From Eledone cirrhosa (Eukaryota): a DNA stretch of 64,000 nucleotides. The stretch lies in NCBI GenBank assembly GCA_964016885.1, contig OZ024743.1, forward strand, positions 93,620,001 through 93,684,000, read 5' to 3'. This document shows, one piece after another, positions 12,501 to 27,500 of the stretch (position 1 is the stretch's first letter; each line of letters starts with the position of its first letter). The notes below the pieces were generated by a model, which saw only the letters and a program-made list of their open reading frames with translations, was not told where the DNA came from and ran no database searches. The translations under genes and the position numbers were made by a program.

Positions 12501-15500
12501 TAGTAAGACTGACTGGACGATAGTTGACAGGTGACGTGCGGTCGCCCTTTTTGAACAGGGGAATGACACTGGCAGTTTTCCACTGCTCCGGAGTAGCACC
12601 ATTGTTGAGACAGTATTGAAAGAAGAAAGAAAGCTGGTGCAAAAAGAAGTACCCGCCACATTTGAGAAGCAAGTATGTAACACCATCAAGACCAGGGGAG
12701 GCATAGTTGCATTTATTCTTAAGGTGACGTCTCAACATTGCAGGTGTAAATTCCATAGTTGTTATGGAATTTGATGTTAGAGATGGTGGATATGGTACAT
12801 TCTGGTTTTCAACAGTAAAAATGCTTGCATAGCACTCAGCAATGAGTTCTACGCATTCTTTGGGATCGTCAGTGATCTGGCTTGTGTGGGGATTGCGAAG
12901 AGGACCAACTGGAGAGTGAGGTCTCTGCTTTGAATGAACATATTTCCAGAACACCTTACTGTCAGGATTGGTTGCTATGCACTGTTCAAATTCAAGCACT
13001 GCCTTTTTTGTCATTTGCTTGAGATGGTTGGAAGATTTATTCCGCTTTTACTGTTGGCATCTGATTTATGCAGTTTATATTCCCGTTCAGTGTTCCGACG
13101 TTCTTTCCTGGCAAGTCGGATTGCTGAAGTTTCCCAAATTGCACTTTTGGGGTGGGTTTTTTTCCGCTTATGTGGCACCGATGCTGCACACGCTATCCAT
13201 ATTGAGTCCAGGATTCTCTGGAGTATAGTGTTCACATCTCTAGAATTATAGAACTCATACCAGTTTGGGTGTTGTAGCTCAGTGCAGTACAAGTTCCAAT
13301 CTGCTTTCTTCCAATCAAAGCAAGCAGATTGGAGATGGTTCTGGTTTTTGTTGCTGCCCGCAAGAGCCAGATTGGCAATGATCATAGCATGATCAGAGTC
13401 GCCTAGAGGTTCCTCAGTAGTACAACTGATAACCACTTCAGGAGTAGTGGTGAAGATCAGGTCCAAAGTGTTGTCACCTCTTGTTAGAGAGGTGACTACT
13501 TGTGACCAGTTTGAGTCCAGCACTAGCTCAAGGAAATCGTTTGCACTTTGTGGCCAACAAAAGGTTTCCCAATCGATCTCAGGATGATTGAAGTCACCTG
13601 CAATAAACACATAAGTGGCTGTTTTCCTGGCAGCAGCTCTGAGGATATCGCAAAGCTGTGTGTCCTGATGGTAGTTGGGGGGCGATAAACAACACCAAGC
13701 AGAAGTGTTGACATGGTCATACGTATGTCACAAAAAAACTTCTTGTGATTCGTTTAAATCAACGCAAGGAATTACCAAAAAGTTTGAACAAACGTAGACC
13801 ATCACACCACCACCACGGCGATTAATGCGGAAAAGGTTGTACCCAGTAATGCTGAAAACCCCATCACAGAGTAAGGAATGTGCCCATGTTTCCGTGACTG
13901 TGATGAAGTCAGGGTCGATGCTTCTGACGTAGGAGTTAAACAGATGTATCTTGTTGCATAAACTGCGAGTATTTAAGGACAGCAATTTGTACCCTGCTTG
14001 CAGTTTATGATGGTGTGTAGAAGATGGCAGGTTGTTCTGGTTTAGTTTCCCAGAGTTGTTGCAGTTTTTTCATTGCCAGTTATTGTGGGTAGAGCACACT
14101 CAGACCAGCTGGTATCTCTCTTCCACGTTTCACCAGCCTTAACAAACCTCCAGATCTGCCCATCATCACGCAGACTAAAACTTTCTTGTTGTGCTGAGTT
14201 CCGTTTCAAGGAAGCTGCAGCACGTAGCTTTGGACGTACATTGGGTGGTAGGCTTGGGCGTGTTCGAAAGGTAATCTGATTTTCCCGCCCAGCTTTAACA
14301 GAGGCCAGATGATATAAAATTGCCTCAGCGGGGTCCGAATAAGACAGCCTGATGAGTCTGGGTTTTGGACCAGGTCGACCAAGGCGGAGAGCACCCTTTG
14401 GGGGAACACAGCCTAGGTCTTTGGCTGAGCTGGCAGCAAATGCCTGAAGATTATATTTCATGATCATATTTCTAATGAAATATAGTCTATTTTAATTAAT
14501 TAATGAAGAATTTTGAAGGATTAACTAAAATAATTAATTATTTCATTACTAAAATAGTAACTTGATGTAAGGTTCTTATATAAAATTATGTTGGAAGATT
14601 TCAATTTAAATTGGCAACTTTTAAAATGGGTGACTTTATTTCATAGAATCAGAGCCAGTTTTGGCCGGGTTGGTAACTTTCTGATTATATAATGTATTTA
14701 TGGAAATTCAACTTGACAGAACATACCTCTGAGCTACATCCATAGTAGAATTTTAACTCAACACTGTAAGTTGTGCTCCTATCTATAGAAGTGAAGAGCA
14801 TCTCACCAAGTTATTTGTTTATGAAACACAACCTTAGGATAAAGTATGAACCATAGTCTCTTTAATCAGAAGGGTGTGGCTGTTTAACTACCATATTTCC
14901 TGGTGTCGAAGATGCTATTTTTTTTTCCTAAAATAAGTCTCAAAAATTTACCCTGCATTCTGGAGGCCAAAGGTTGTTTTTCTCATAGGTATATCCTAAC
15001 CCCAGAGGAAAATTATCTCTGCTAGACAGTAATCTGAACTCCTGTATATGACCTCTCAATGGAGTATATAAATTATACTTAGTTAAAGTAGTAAATAAAC
15101 AAAATATCATTAAAATATTAGGTAACAAGACCCAAAGTGCCAGGACCTTAATTTTATGTTTATTATTGTTTTTAAAATTTTTGGTTGTCAAAAACGGGGT
15201 ACATTCTCAAGGGCGAAGTGTTTTCGATGATGGGAAATGTGGTGGTAATTTACTGATCAGAAATAAAGAAAACAAAACATTTAACCAAATAATAAAAATA
15301 ACAAACTTACTGCAATTCCAAAACGGATAAGACTTAAATATTTGATCCACTGGAAATCTGGATGTAAAGATTTTATGTTCACAAGGAATCCGCCAAACAG
15401 CTGCATGAAAATAAACAGATTATAAAATTTAAAGCAACTACAACAGCAACAATTCCACCAATAATAATTACTCTCAGATCCCAAATAACCGCCTCCCCCC

Positions 15501-18500
15501 ATACTTGCATATTAATTTTTCAGATTTTTTTCCAACCTCCCTCGTTTATCAAATTTTGCTAATCTATCTCTGCCAAAATTTTATTTTGGTAGCGGTAGCA
15601 TTCCTGTGACAATTCATTTTCTTCATACATTAAAAAATATTATACATGACCAAAAAAGTACATTACTAGAAATCCTATACATTATAAAATAAATAAGATG
15701 GGTTGGGGTCACAAATATAAACTAAACGACTAATTCTAGTTTTTAAAAAATCAACAGACAAACTAGAAAAATTAACGATTTTACACCATCCCACACTCAC
15801 ATGTGTGTGTGTGTCCCCCTATTATTTATGACCTGAGAGTACAAAAAAGGAGTGTGTGCGGACTCTGGCCCATGATCCTCTTGTGGGGAAGAAGAAGAAG
15901 AAGAAGAAGAAGAAGGAGGAGGGGGAGGAGGAGAAGGAGGAGGAGGAGAAGACTAACAAAATGTTATCCTGTTTATATTATTGTTTCTACTATTGACTCA
16001 AGGCCAGCAATTATTTCAGTGCATTACTGGTACTTAGTTTATTGACATGTGTTGTCTGAGATATCAAAAGCAACAAGAGGCAAGAAAGTAGACAGTGTAA
16101 TGTTGTCAAAATTTAAATATCTGTCACAGTAAATTAATAGCAGAATAATCCAAAGAAAACTCACCATCATGAAAACAAAACAGAGAGCAACAAGAGTGTT
16201 TGCAACAGCAAAAACATTCACCCCAGAACTTATAGCAAAAGACAAACATGAGGCTGTTGCTGTGGTCAAGAAAACAGCCAAATAGTATATGAAGAAATGC
16301 GCTGTATTTAACTTGAATCCTGTTAAATAGAGAAAGATAAAATACATCAGATTTAGTAAAGAAACAAAAGCAATTGTCACACAGTTTAACCCTTTAGCAT
16401 TTAAGCTGGCCGGAATTCTCTCACCTCTTTCTGTTCCAACTGGTCATAACTGGTCGTTCATACTGACGTTGAGGTATTGTTCTCAAAATAAACAACATCA
16501 AAATCTCGTAGATTCAACATTATGTGAGATAATTATGTCAGATAAAGCCTTTACCACAAAAATACAATAGTATATATAGAGTAATGTAAATGCTAAAGGG
16601 TTAAATCATGTAGTTTAAAGTAAAATTCCATGTGTCTAACACCCATGAACATGCTTACAAAATCAGAAAACAGTATAGCTCCCATGATTTTTGAAACATT
16701 TTTTCATGCTCAGAGTTTCTGAAGCATAGAACAAACTACCTGCATTAGTTGTTAGCTGCTGGTACACTGCATCCTTCAAAACTTCCATGCTTCCCGAAAT
16801 TCGCCAACACTACACCTCATATTCCCCCTCCACACATGTGCACGCATGTGTGTGTGTCTGTGTGTATATCATAACTCTAACACTGTTCACTAACCTGACA
16901 TTTGTACATTATTCTGTGTACTATGCATGCACCTGAGAACTGTACATAATAATTTTCACTATTATTATTTAATTATTTAAAAGGTGGTGAATTAGCAGAG
17001 TTGTTAGGACATTGGATAGAATACTTTGCGGTATTCATTCTCTGCTCTCTAAGTTCAAATCCTGCCGAGGGTGATAAAAAAAAGTATTAGTCTAGTACTG
17101 AGGTCAATCTTCCACTATATATCTTTCTCACTTTCTATCCTTCTTCTGAGAAAATCTACTGTGTTCATACCTAGAATGGATGGGCTCTGCCAAGCTTAAA
17201 AATACCCAAGAAATGCCATATGTCAATGCAGCACCCCTATGGCTCAATCAGGAGTTATGGGACCATACCATACCAGTCCAAAGTAGCTGGCTGCTTACAT
17301 TAATCTATCACATACTGCCTATCTGTTATTCAAATTTATGAAATTTCTATTCGAGACGGTTGGTTTATTACTAGAATCACATACAGATCAAAAGACAGCT
17401 GGCCAAGTGGATCAGGTGTTAATATACAAGGCTGAATGGTTACCAATTCATATATCAGCACTGACACTCCATCTATGTATGTCCTTTACTTAACTGACAA
17501 CTTCCAAGTTCATCTAAATATGAATAGGTGCCAATAGGTTCACCGCTATACTCACAGGTCTCGAATAATGACCCCGCCCCCACACCACTTATTAAATTTT
17601 GCCTATCTATCTGTGATGGAATTTTATTTTCAGTGGTAGCATTCCTGTGAGAATTAATTTTCTTTATACATTAAGAAAAACATACAAAATAAATAAGATG
17701 GGTTGAGGGTCTCAATATGTAAACTAAACAATTAATTCTCATTTTTAAAAAAATCAACGGAGACAACCGAGAAAAATTACTGATTTTCCAACACCACTGC
17801 TCTTATTCCAACTCCCCTGCTTATTCCCCCCACCCACCCCCTTATTCGACCCCCTTCCCTATTATTTGAGACCCTAGAGTAAGTCAAGAGGGTTGATACT
17901 ATATAAGAAACAAGTATTTCATTGGTTGGTTGTACTGCAGAGAAACCCACCCACAAACTTGGATGAAAGTAACAGGAAACTTACAAAAATTATGATGGAA
18001 AGTTTTTAAATAAAAATTAAAAAAATGTTGTATAGTTAATATGAAACATTGTGACATATGTTACAAATGACTGACAAGTTTCAGAAACCTGGTATAATGT
18101 CGTAGAAATATATAAAGGGTAAAGGATGACAAATAAAACAAAATAAAAGTAATGTTTTTCTTACCCAGTATATTTCAACATATTTCAGGGTTCCCACCCT
18201 CTTTTCAAATACAAAACAAAATGAACGATTAATGTGTTCTTCTCTAACTGGTCCAAGTGTCTGGATTACGAAGTAACCACTCTGCTTCATGTAGCTCTAA
18301 TCTATTATTTTTTTGTGGCTTTTGTGTGTTGATGATTAGATCCTCTTTGATTCTTAAATTCTAATCATCAACACACAAAAGACACAAATAAATAATAGAT
18401 TAAAGCTGCATGGAGCAGTATGGCTACTATGACTGCTACGTGCATGCATAATCCAGACACTTGGACCAGTTAGGAATGAACACATCAATCATTCACTTTG

Positions 18501-21500
18501 TTTTGCCCCATTTTTGTTTTAGATTTGAAAAGAGGGTATTAACCCTGAAATATTATGTTAAACTAGCTGAGCTACCCGGTGATTCCCGGATATTTTATTA
18601 AAGTTACAATATTTGACCATTGAAATGTGATGGCTAAATTTTAACTAAAGTAGGAATTATAGCAGAATATTTATTGCCATTTGTTTAAAGCAAATCATGT
18701 AGATAGAAATATTATTAGTTTTGTCCAGTGGTGATTTTTTTAATACTGCTCCCTATTACAGTCAGCATATAAAATGCTTCACACTTAGAAGAATCATTAG
18801 GTATGTTGTCAGTGAAAAGGGCACGACCAAAAAAATAAATTTAGATTTTATTTATCCTTTTTTTTTTGCACAATCAGAACCTCTGAAATTCAAACAAAAT
18901 GTGAAGACTATTTTAAAAAGCCTAAATAAAATAAAATAAAATAATAAATTTACCATTGGGTTATGAATGAATGAAGAATTTACTTTCTCATTTCTGTAAT
19001 TCAGGAAAGTTTATTTAAATGTGTGTAAGTGTGGTAAATATATACATATACACCAAGAACCAAACTCCCACTGTCACTGCCTCCATATCTTCCAATCTCC
19101 CCATCACTCACTATTATGAGCAAATGGGGGCCCACGCACTGGCCACCCAGCAGCCCCAGCGGTCAGAATAGAGGGTGGAAAATCTATTCCGGCTTGCGAC
19201 GCTCACCCCTGCGAGTAGCCAACTTTGTGCCGATGGTGGTGAGTTGGGAGGTAGCCCTAGAGCCAAGAACACCAGAAGTCTCCATTGCTATGGGCTCAAG
19301 AACAAACCTGTCAGAGAGCGACCAATATTTGGAGAGTTTATGCTCCTTGGCCCAAAGTGCGGCAGAGCCTGGGTTAATTAAAATTTTTACACTGTAGCTT
19401 TCATCAACTTTTACCTCTATGGCAGTAAGGTGTCACATACAACCTTTCCTTTTTGCTTCATATATACATACATGAGACAGTAGACTGGGATATATATGTC
19501 GCTAACTTAAGTATGGTAATAAACACACACACACACACACACGTCTCTAATTTAAGAACGCCAAGGCACACACGCGTGCGCGTGCACACACACACAGTCT
19601 CATTACGACTTTTGTGAAAGAGAGAGAAATAGAAGTAACGTTAAGAAAGGAGTTAGTTAAGAAGCGTTTAAAAAATGAATAAATAAAAGTTAGTTATCGA
19701 ACTATGCTATCATTTTTCTGTTTACTTTCTCTCTCTCTTCCCTAATCCCCCCTCCCTATCTTTCTTTGGCTCTTTCTCTCATTCCTCTCTCACTCTCATA
19801 CCCTCTCTTATCTCCTCTCTCTCTTTCTCTACAGAATGAAGAACAAAAAACAAATAAGTGGTTGCCTCGTTTTGGAGGACTGAGTTGTGGGAGGAGGAAG
19901 GGGAGTAGTGGGGGGAGGGTTTAATGTCCCCAAGGGTTCGATTATTGATTTTTATTGAAATCCAGTTACCCAGTCCTGTTCCTGAATATTAGCTTAACAT
20001 GTGTGTAAAGTTTCATCATGATCGGCTCACTGGTCTAGATGCCAACTGGTTACACAAAGACGGAAATTGCCATTTATATAGTGGATTATACTGGGTAAGA
20101 AAAATATTACTTTTATTTTGTTTTATTTGTTATTCTTTGCCCATTATATATTTCAACTACATTGTACCAACTTTCTGAAACACTTATCAGTCATTCATTA
20201 AAAAAAGCACCCAGTCCACACTGTAATATGGTTGGCATTAGAAAGGGTACCCAGTCGTAGAAACCTAGCCAAAATACAGATTTATATGAGCAAGACATGG
20301 TCACTTGACCTGACTTGATTCATAACCTGTCTAACCCATGCAAGTATGAAAAAATAGATGTTAAATGATGATGATAAACACATTAAATCAAACAGGTTTA
20401 TATTGTAGATTCAGGGATAGTTCAGCTGATTTGGTATCAAAAGAGTTAACAGTTTGTATTTTCTCATCATTACTGTATTGAGTCATTAAGACACTAAACT
20501 TTCAAACAATAGAAATACATTGCCACATTAAGCAGCAGCAGCTATACAAATCAATCAACAGGTCACACTGCTTGTACAGATTCCTTTGACTCTCTATTGC
20601 CATCCAATTCTATTGTTCATCATATTCAGTAGGTCAGAGGGATTGCAGTTGATGTCGTCACAAATCTGCTTGATATAGGTCTTGGTTTGTCATCCTCTGG
20701 TGGCTCTTCCTTGAGTAGGCTCCCACAAAAGAACTTCACTAACAATTTCATCTTTAGCTCTCCAGCAATTCCCTGTGAATCTGACTATGCTCAGAATGCC
20801 ATGTTCAACCCTTTTCATGGGCAGCAACTGGAGGAGCTAATAAAAAAAAACCACTTCAGTTTAATCTTCCTTTGAATTTCTACATGAAGATTAGTTTTTT
20901 TATGGTGGCCCAACAGTTCTACAGGACTCCTCTAATGGTAAATTATTTATCAATCATTTCATTTTAAATGTTGAGTATTCTATGGCACTCAGTTCTTTAA
21001 AAAACTGAAAATATAAATAAATTTATTGTTGAACAGAAATAAAGTGGTTGGTGATAGGAAGGGCATCCAGCCATAGAAAGCTTGGCAACAAAGGGCTGAG
21101 GAGACCCTTCAATTGTGTCAAGAACTTAAAAGCATCTTTAGTATTGGTGACTTATACAATAAATGCACCGAGTTCATGCTGTAAAGTGGTTTGTGATAGG
21201 AAGGATATCCAGCCGTAAAAAACTTGTCAAACAAAGGGTTGGGAGGATCCTTCAGTTGTGTCAAAGACATGACAACCTCTCCTGTGCACTTGTTAAAATG
21301 TGAAACCTTACATAAGTGAGACGCAGATCCCTGGCCTGTCCAGGAGATCAACAGCCCTGCTTCAGTACTGACTTGATCTATGTAGACCCGTCTAACCCTT
21401 GCTTGCAGGGAAAGCATATGTTAAAACAACAATGATGATGACAATGATGATAAGTATACAATGGTGAAAGTTTAAAAGACAAAGTGTTAAGATAATAAGA

Positions 21501-23056
21501 AGGAATAGAAAAATGGGTGGGGTGAAATAATGAATTGGGATATGGTATTATATTAGCAAAGAAGTATGTTAGTATATCAAGTGTAAATAACCAGTTGTAA
21601 ACGGGAATGGTTTCTTACCAATCATGAAGTATGTAATAAGAGAGAATATTGTAACTGGAACAAATCGCATTGGTAGAATATCACATGTGACTTTGGCCAA
21701 GAAATATGTTGAACAGCGATAGAAGCCACGGGAATTCTCACGACTAAAATCAAGCATGATATATATATATATATATGTATGTAAAAGGTAAACATAAATA
21801 ACAAAACAAACGGCACAGTACATGGAAAAAATATATTAGTTTAACGCTTGAAATAGCAGGGAGAGAATCTTAATGTTTCAGACACTACTCCTTCATCAGA
21901 ACATAGAGTTAGAAATAGAAGATAAATAAAAAGTAAAGAGTGATGAGAGGAAGGAACGTGGGAAAATTAGAAAGAAACCACACACGTGCATATTCAGTTG
22001 ATAAATAAATCGATATTGATGAGTGGGAATTTAATTTAAGATCTGTTATTCCACACCAAAAACATTTAAAGGCAAAAAAAAAGCTTTCATTATATAAACT
22101 GAAAGAGAAACACATTTCTATAATAAAATGTTTATATATATATAATACATAAAAAGAAAATAATACACACACACAAAAACACATACATATATATGTAGGT
22201 CGACCCAGAAAAACCTGGGACAACATGATAAAATCCAACCTTGCATACTTACACCTCTCTAAGACAATGTCACTGGATCGAGACCTTTGGCGCAATCAGT
22301 AATACAGAAGACGTGACTTCCCTATGTGCAAAGTAAAACCTACAGTCAGTAGGTACCTCTTAACCAAATATACACCCCAACCGCTACCCCTACTCATCCT
22401 CCCACTCCCACCAACACCACCCTTTCTCTGTAAAGTTATGTTGGTACCATAGAACATCCAGTCCGAACTAAAGAGGTTGTGTAGGTGTCACAACAAAAAA
22501 GCACCCAGTCCACGCTGTAAAGTGGTCGTGTAGGACAGTGCTACTCAAAGTGGTGGTCCGTGGACCGGTGACAGTAGGCGAGCCATCAGCTACCGGTACG
22601 TGGCCAGTGTCCAGGCCTTGCTAAGGAATTTGAGGAATTTTTTTTATTACTTTTTATGTTTTGATATTGTATTATTTGTTTACAAAATAAATAGAAGATA
22701 AAAAAATGGTCAACTATTATTATATTCATTATATATATCGTTTCCGGTATAAATTAATATTACTACGAAATATTAGCGGTACGTGGAACATTGAAAAAAA
22801 AAATGCCGGTCCGCCACATCAGATAGTTTGAGAAGCACTGGTGTAGGAGACATGGTAAAAAGAGTCCCAGTCTACACTGTAAATGTGGTTGGTGTTAGGA
22901 AGGGCATCCAGCCATAGAAAACCTGCCAGATACAGTCCTCTCTCAAGCGAGACACGGTCACCCGATTAATCTTGCCTCAAGTGGGACAATTCCCGTCTAA
23001 CCCATGTTAGCATGGAAGATAGACATTAAACAATGATGATGATGATGATATATACA

Positions 23057-23092
<36 letters not shown>

Positions 23093-23366
23093 GAAAAATT
23101 GAACAGGGACAGAACAGAGAGGCAGTACGACAAATGTTTATTAAATTCACGCTCAGGAGAGTGGGGGGTATATATATATATATATCTGTACATGGTTAGT
23201 GGCTGAGCTAAAAGAGTACTCAATACTGAAGTAGAGTCTTAATATTCATTTCATTAAGGCTAAATAGTGAGTCTTGTTACTCGGTGATAAACAGGTGAAA
23301 CTCCAGAGCAACAAGACTCACTATTTAGCCTTAATAAAATGAATATATATATATGTATGTATGTAC

Positions 23367-23403
<37 letters not shown>

Positions 23404-24175
23404 TCACACATACACACACGTAGGCTATATGATATGTTGCTTGCTCTCCAACAGTGCTGGTGCCCTGACAAAAACACACAGTCAACCCTTTAAAGTGGTT
23501 GTACTAGCGCCTTGACAAAAATACCCAGTCCACTCTGTAAGGTGGTGGTACTGGTACCACAACAAAAGCACCCAGTTCACTCTGCAAAGTGGTCATAATG
23601 GTGACATGAGAAAAAGCTTCCGTGAGGTTAGCTTAAGGAAGGGCATTCAGCCATAGAAAATCAGCCAACTTTACAGCATGTAGTGGGTGCATTTATCATG
23701 TAGATCACCAACACTAGAGAAGTTGTTAACCCATTGACATAACTGAAGGGCCCTCCAAACCCTTTTGGCATGTGTGTATATATGGGTGTATGTATGTGTG
23801 TGTGTATATATATATATATATATCATCATCATCATCACTGTTTTACGTCCATTCTTCCAAACTAGCATGGGTTAGACGAGTTGTCCTGCTATGGGAAATG
23901 GGAGGTCAGGTGACCATGTCTTGCTCATAAAAAACTGATTTGGGCTTGGTTTCTATGGCTAGATGCCCTTCCGAATGCCAACCTCATTTACAGTGAGTAC
24001 TGGGTGCCTTTTGTTGTGACGCCTACACGACCACTTTACAGTGTGGGCTGGGGGGCTTCACTGGATGCATTTACTTCAGCCTGTCCTCATGGAGGGTTGT
24101 ATGGGAGGGTGGGTTGGGGCATACTGTATATATGCTTTGGCTTTGGCCTGCGCCCATGGGAAGTATATATATATA

Positions 24176-24206
<31 letters not shown>

Positions 24207-24463
24207 CACCTTGACCGACCAGTCTGTTGGGCGCCAATTGGCGCTGCTAGTCACAGCATGTCGTGCTGTTTTAGCCATAAGATAACGCCATCCCACTGGC
24301 TGGCCAGGCAGGCTGGTACTCATTTCTACAGCTGAGTAAACTGGAGCAATGTGAAATAAAGTGTCTTGCTTAAGGAAACAACACATCACCCGGTCCGAGA
24401 ATTGAACTCACAACCTTTCGATTGCAAGCTGAATGCTTTAACCACTAAGCCATGTGCCTTCAC

Positions 24464-24553
<90 letters not shown>

Positions 24554-27500
24554 AACTTTAGTTTTGAATAAGATGCAGTCATAGTTTTGTTATTTTAAGA
24601 AAAGCTTCCTAATGGTGTTTTATGTGGTACAGGATGTTATGAGCCAAATGCTGCCTATATAAGATATTTATTATACATAAGTTATGGTTTTCTTCTTGTT
24701 CTTAACTCAGTTATTCCTGAGAGGATTGTGGGGGTCAAGTCCTCAAACATGCCTTCCATGCCTTCCAATAGAATATACACATTCTATTGAGTAATGTTAT
24801 TCAAAAGTAAATTATGGTTTAAGTTTATAAATATTGTAGAAAATGTAAAAAGACAAAAATAGTGTAGAAAGTTCATTCCATTGCAGTGCTGAATTCAAAT
24901 AATCCTATGTTGGTGCTAAGGGCAGTTGGTGAACATGTCAATGTAAGTGGAGAGCAAAAGCTGAGTATCAGGGTTTTCAACAGGTCAGACAAAGAACCAA
25001 TGAGCTTTGGATCTGAATCGTATGGAGGAACTAGTTGGTAAACCATCCTAGTGTAACCTTCCTTATAATTTATAATGTGATGATCAGTTGTTGAGTGATG
25101 TCAGAACAATTGTCAGAGAGACAATGAGGTTTATAACAATGTGAGGGACCCTGGTTGTTTCAGTGCCTTAACCTCGCCATCACATGTGGTAATGCTGCAA
25201 GCATGTTGGCTTGACTCAAATATTTCCATTGACCCTTATAATTGTCACACTTGATGGTAAATTGGTGGCTGTTTTTTATTTCTTCTCTTTCTCTCGTGAT
25301 CGTATATCTTGGTGAGTTGTATTTGTAAGGTTCATAACAATAGTTAATTGTATTTATTATATGTGTTTATATTTTCATTCTAAAAGAATTGTGAACAATT
25401 TGTAATGTATACAACTGTGAATTTTTATGCTGATAATGTAGAAAAAAATGAAATATACAAACAGAAAGTATTAATAGAAAAAAACTGATTATAAATTTGT
25501 ACTAGCAAGACATCTTTTGTTGGGAAGCAAACAATGAAAGAGTGTTACAATAGTGACAACAGTATTTCTATAATACTTACATGAAAAGTAACCGTTCTTT
25601 AATAAAGAGCTCAAGTGCAGACAAGCTGGAGAACATTTGATTCACAACAATGAAGAAGATGACACCAACCCTGTAGTAGAAAATCAGTGTATAAGATTAT
25701 TTAACTGCTTCTGTTGGGAAATAGTTTCAATTAATTTTCTCTATGGAGCTACAAGGAATATTTTTAAATAGGTACTTACATACACACATCAAAAATATAT
25801 ATATGTGAGCAAATCTTTATACATACATCAAAAATATATATATGTGACCAAATCTTTATACATACATCAAAAATATATATATGTGAGCAAATCTTTATAC
25901 ATACATCAAAAATATATATATATGTGAGCAAATCTTTATACATACATCAAATATATATATATGTGTGTAAATCTTTATACATACATCAAAAATATATATA
26001 TATGTGAGCAAATCTTTATACAGACATCATATATATATGTGTGTAAATCTTTATACATACATAAAAAATATATGTGTGTAAATCTTTATACATACATCAA
26101 AAATATATAGATGTGAGCAAATCTTTATACATACAGACAATACATACAAACTTGTAACATACTCGCTTATTTTCCACTTACTCCCAGGTCTTGAATAATC
26201 GTCCCCCACCCCACTCTACTTATCAAATTTTGCTAATCTATCTCTGGTGAAATTTTCCAGCTTCAGAGTCCTCAGTCAACCATTGCAACATACAAATCCA
26301 TTCCTTTGAGGCCTGTGTCCATCTTAATGATTGATTTCAAGGTGCATTTCTTTTGCTTTTGTAACAGTTAACAATGATGCTACTATACCAGTCATTACAT
26401 ATAACACATTCCTGTACTATCTGATTAACTATGTCAGTGGCTGGACTTTACTCTTAATTCATAAACAATCAATGATCATATTTATCAGCATCATCATCAT
26501 CATCGTTTAACGTCCATCTTCCATGCTAGCATGGGTTTGGACGGGAATTTTCCCATTTGAGGCAAGATTGGTTGTCTTGCTCGCATAGAACTGTCTGGCG
26601 GGTTTTCTACGGCTGGATGCCCTTCCTAACACCAACCACATTTACAGTGTGGAACTGGGAGGTTTTTAACGTGTTACCTACACGACCACATTACAGCGTG
26701 GACTGTGTGTTTTTTTGTCGTGACACCTACACGACCTCATTTATTTCGGACTGGATGTTGTGGTACCAACATAACTTTACATCAAAAGGGGTGGTGTGGA
26801 TGTATATATATATTATTTAATAAAAATAAAATAACATATTAAGGAAAAAAAAGTCTATGAGACTTTCTCAGAATTCAAAGGATGAAGGATTGCACAAAAG
26901 ACTACAAATAGATGTTTGTTCATAATCTTGCCATCCAGAAGGTTGCTGTTTAAAATACTCTCTAAATTAAGAAAAAAGAGAACATCCATACATATACACA
27001 TACATTCCAAAAATTTAGCATATAATAACTGCAAATACACGCATAGATATAGAAACATGTATATATGTAGATATAACTGAAAAAATACAGATCCATGCAG
27101 GCAAAGACATTGCCTCTCCACACACAAACACACACATACATATTTGCTTTGTTGATGTTGTCAAAATTCCATTGAAAGAGTCTTGTTTCTATGTTGAAAC
27201 TGGCTATCTATATGTGAGAAATTAAGACCAGAAAAACATATATACATGCATGCATATATATATGCAACACACATACATGTCTGCATTGGCAGTATCAGTA
27301 GAGGGTTGGACGCCATGCTTTCTAGCATAGTTACGTGCCTTTACGGTTTGAGTTCAAATCCCGTCGAGGTTAACTTTGCCTTTCATCCTTACGGGATCGA
27401 TAAAATAAAGTACCAGTAATGTACTGGGTAATTTGCTGGCCTTGTGCCTAAACAATTATATGCATACATAGTGGTCCAGCTAACCTCAGTCTCCTCTGTG

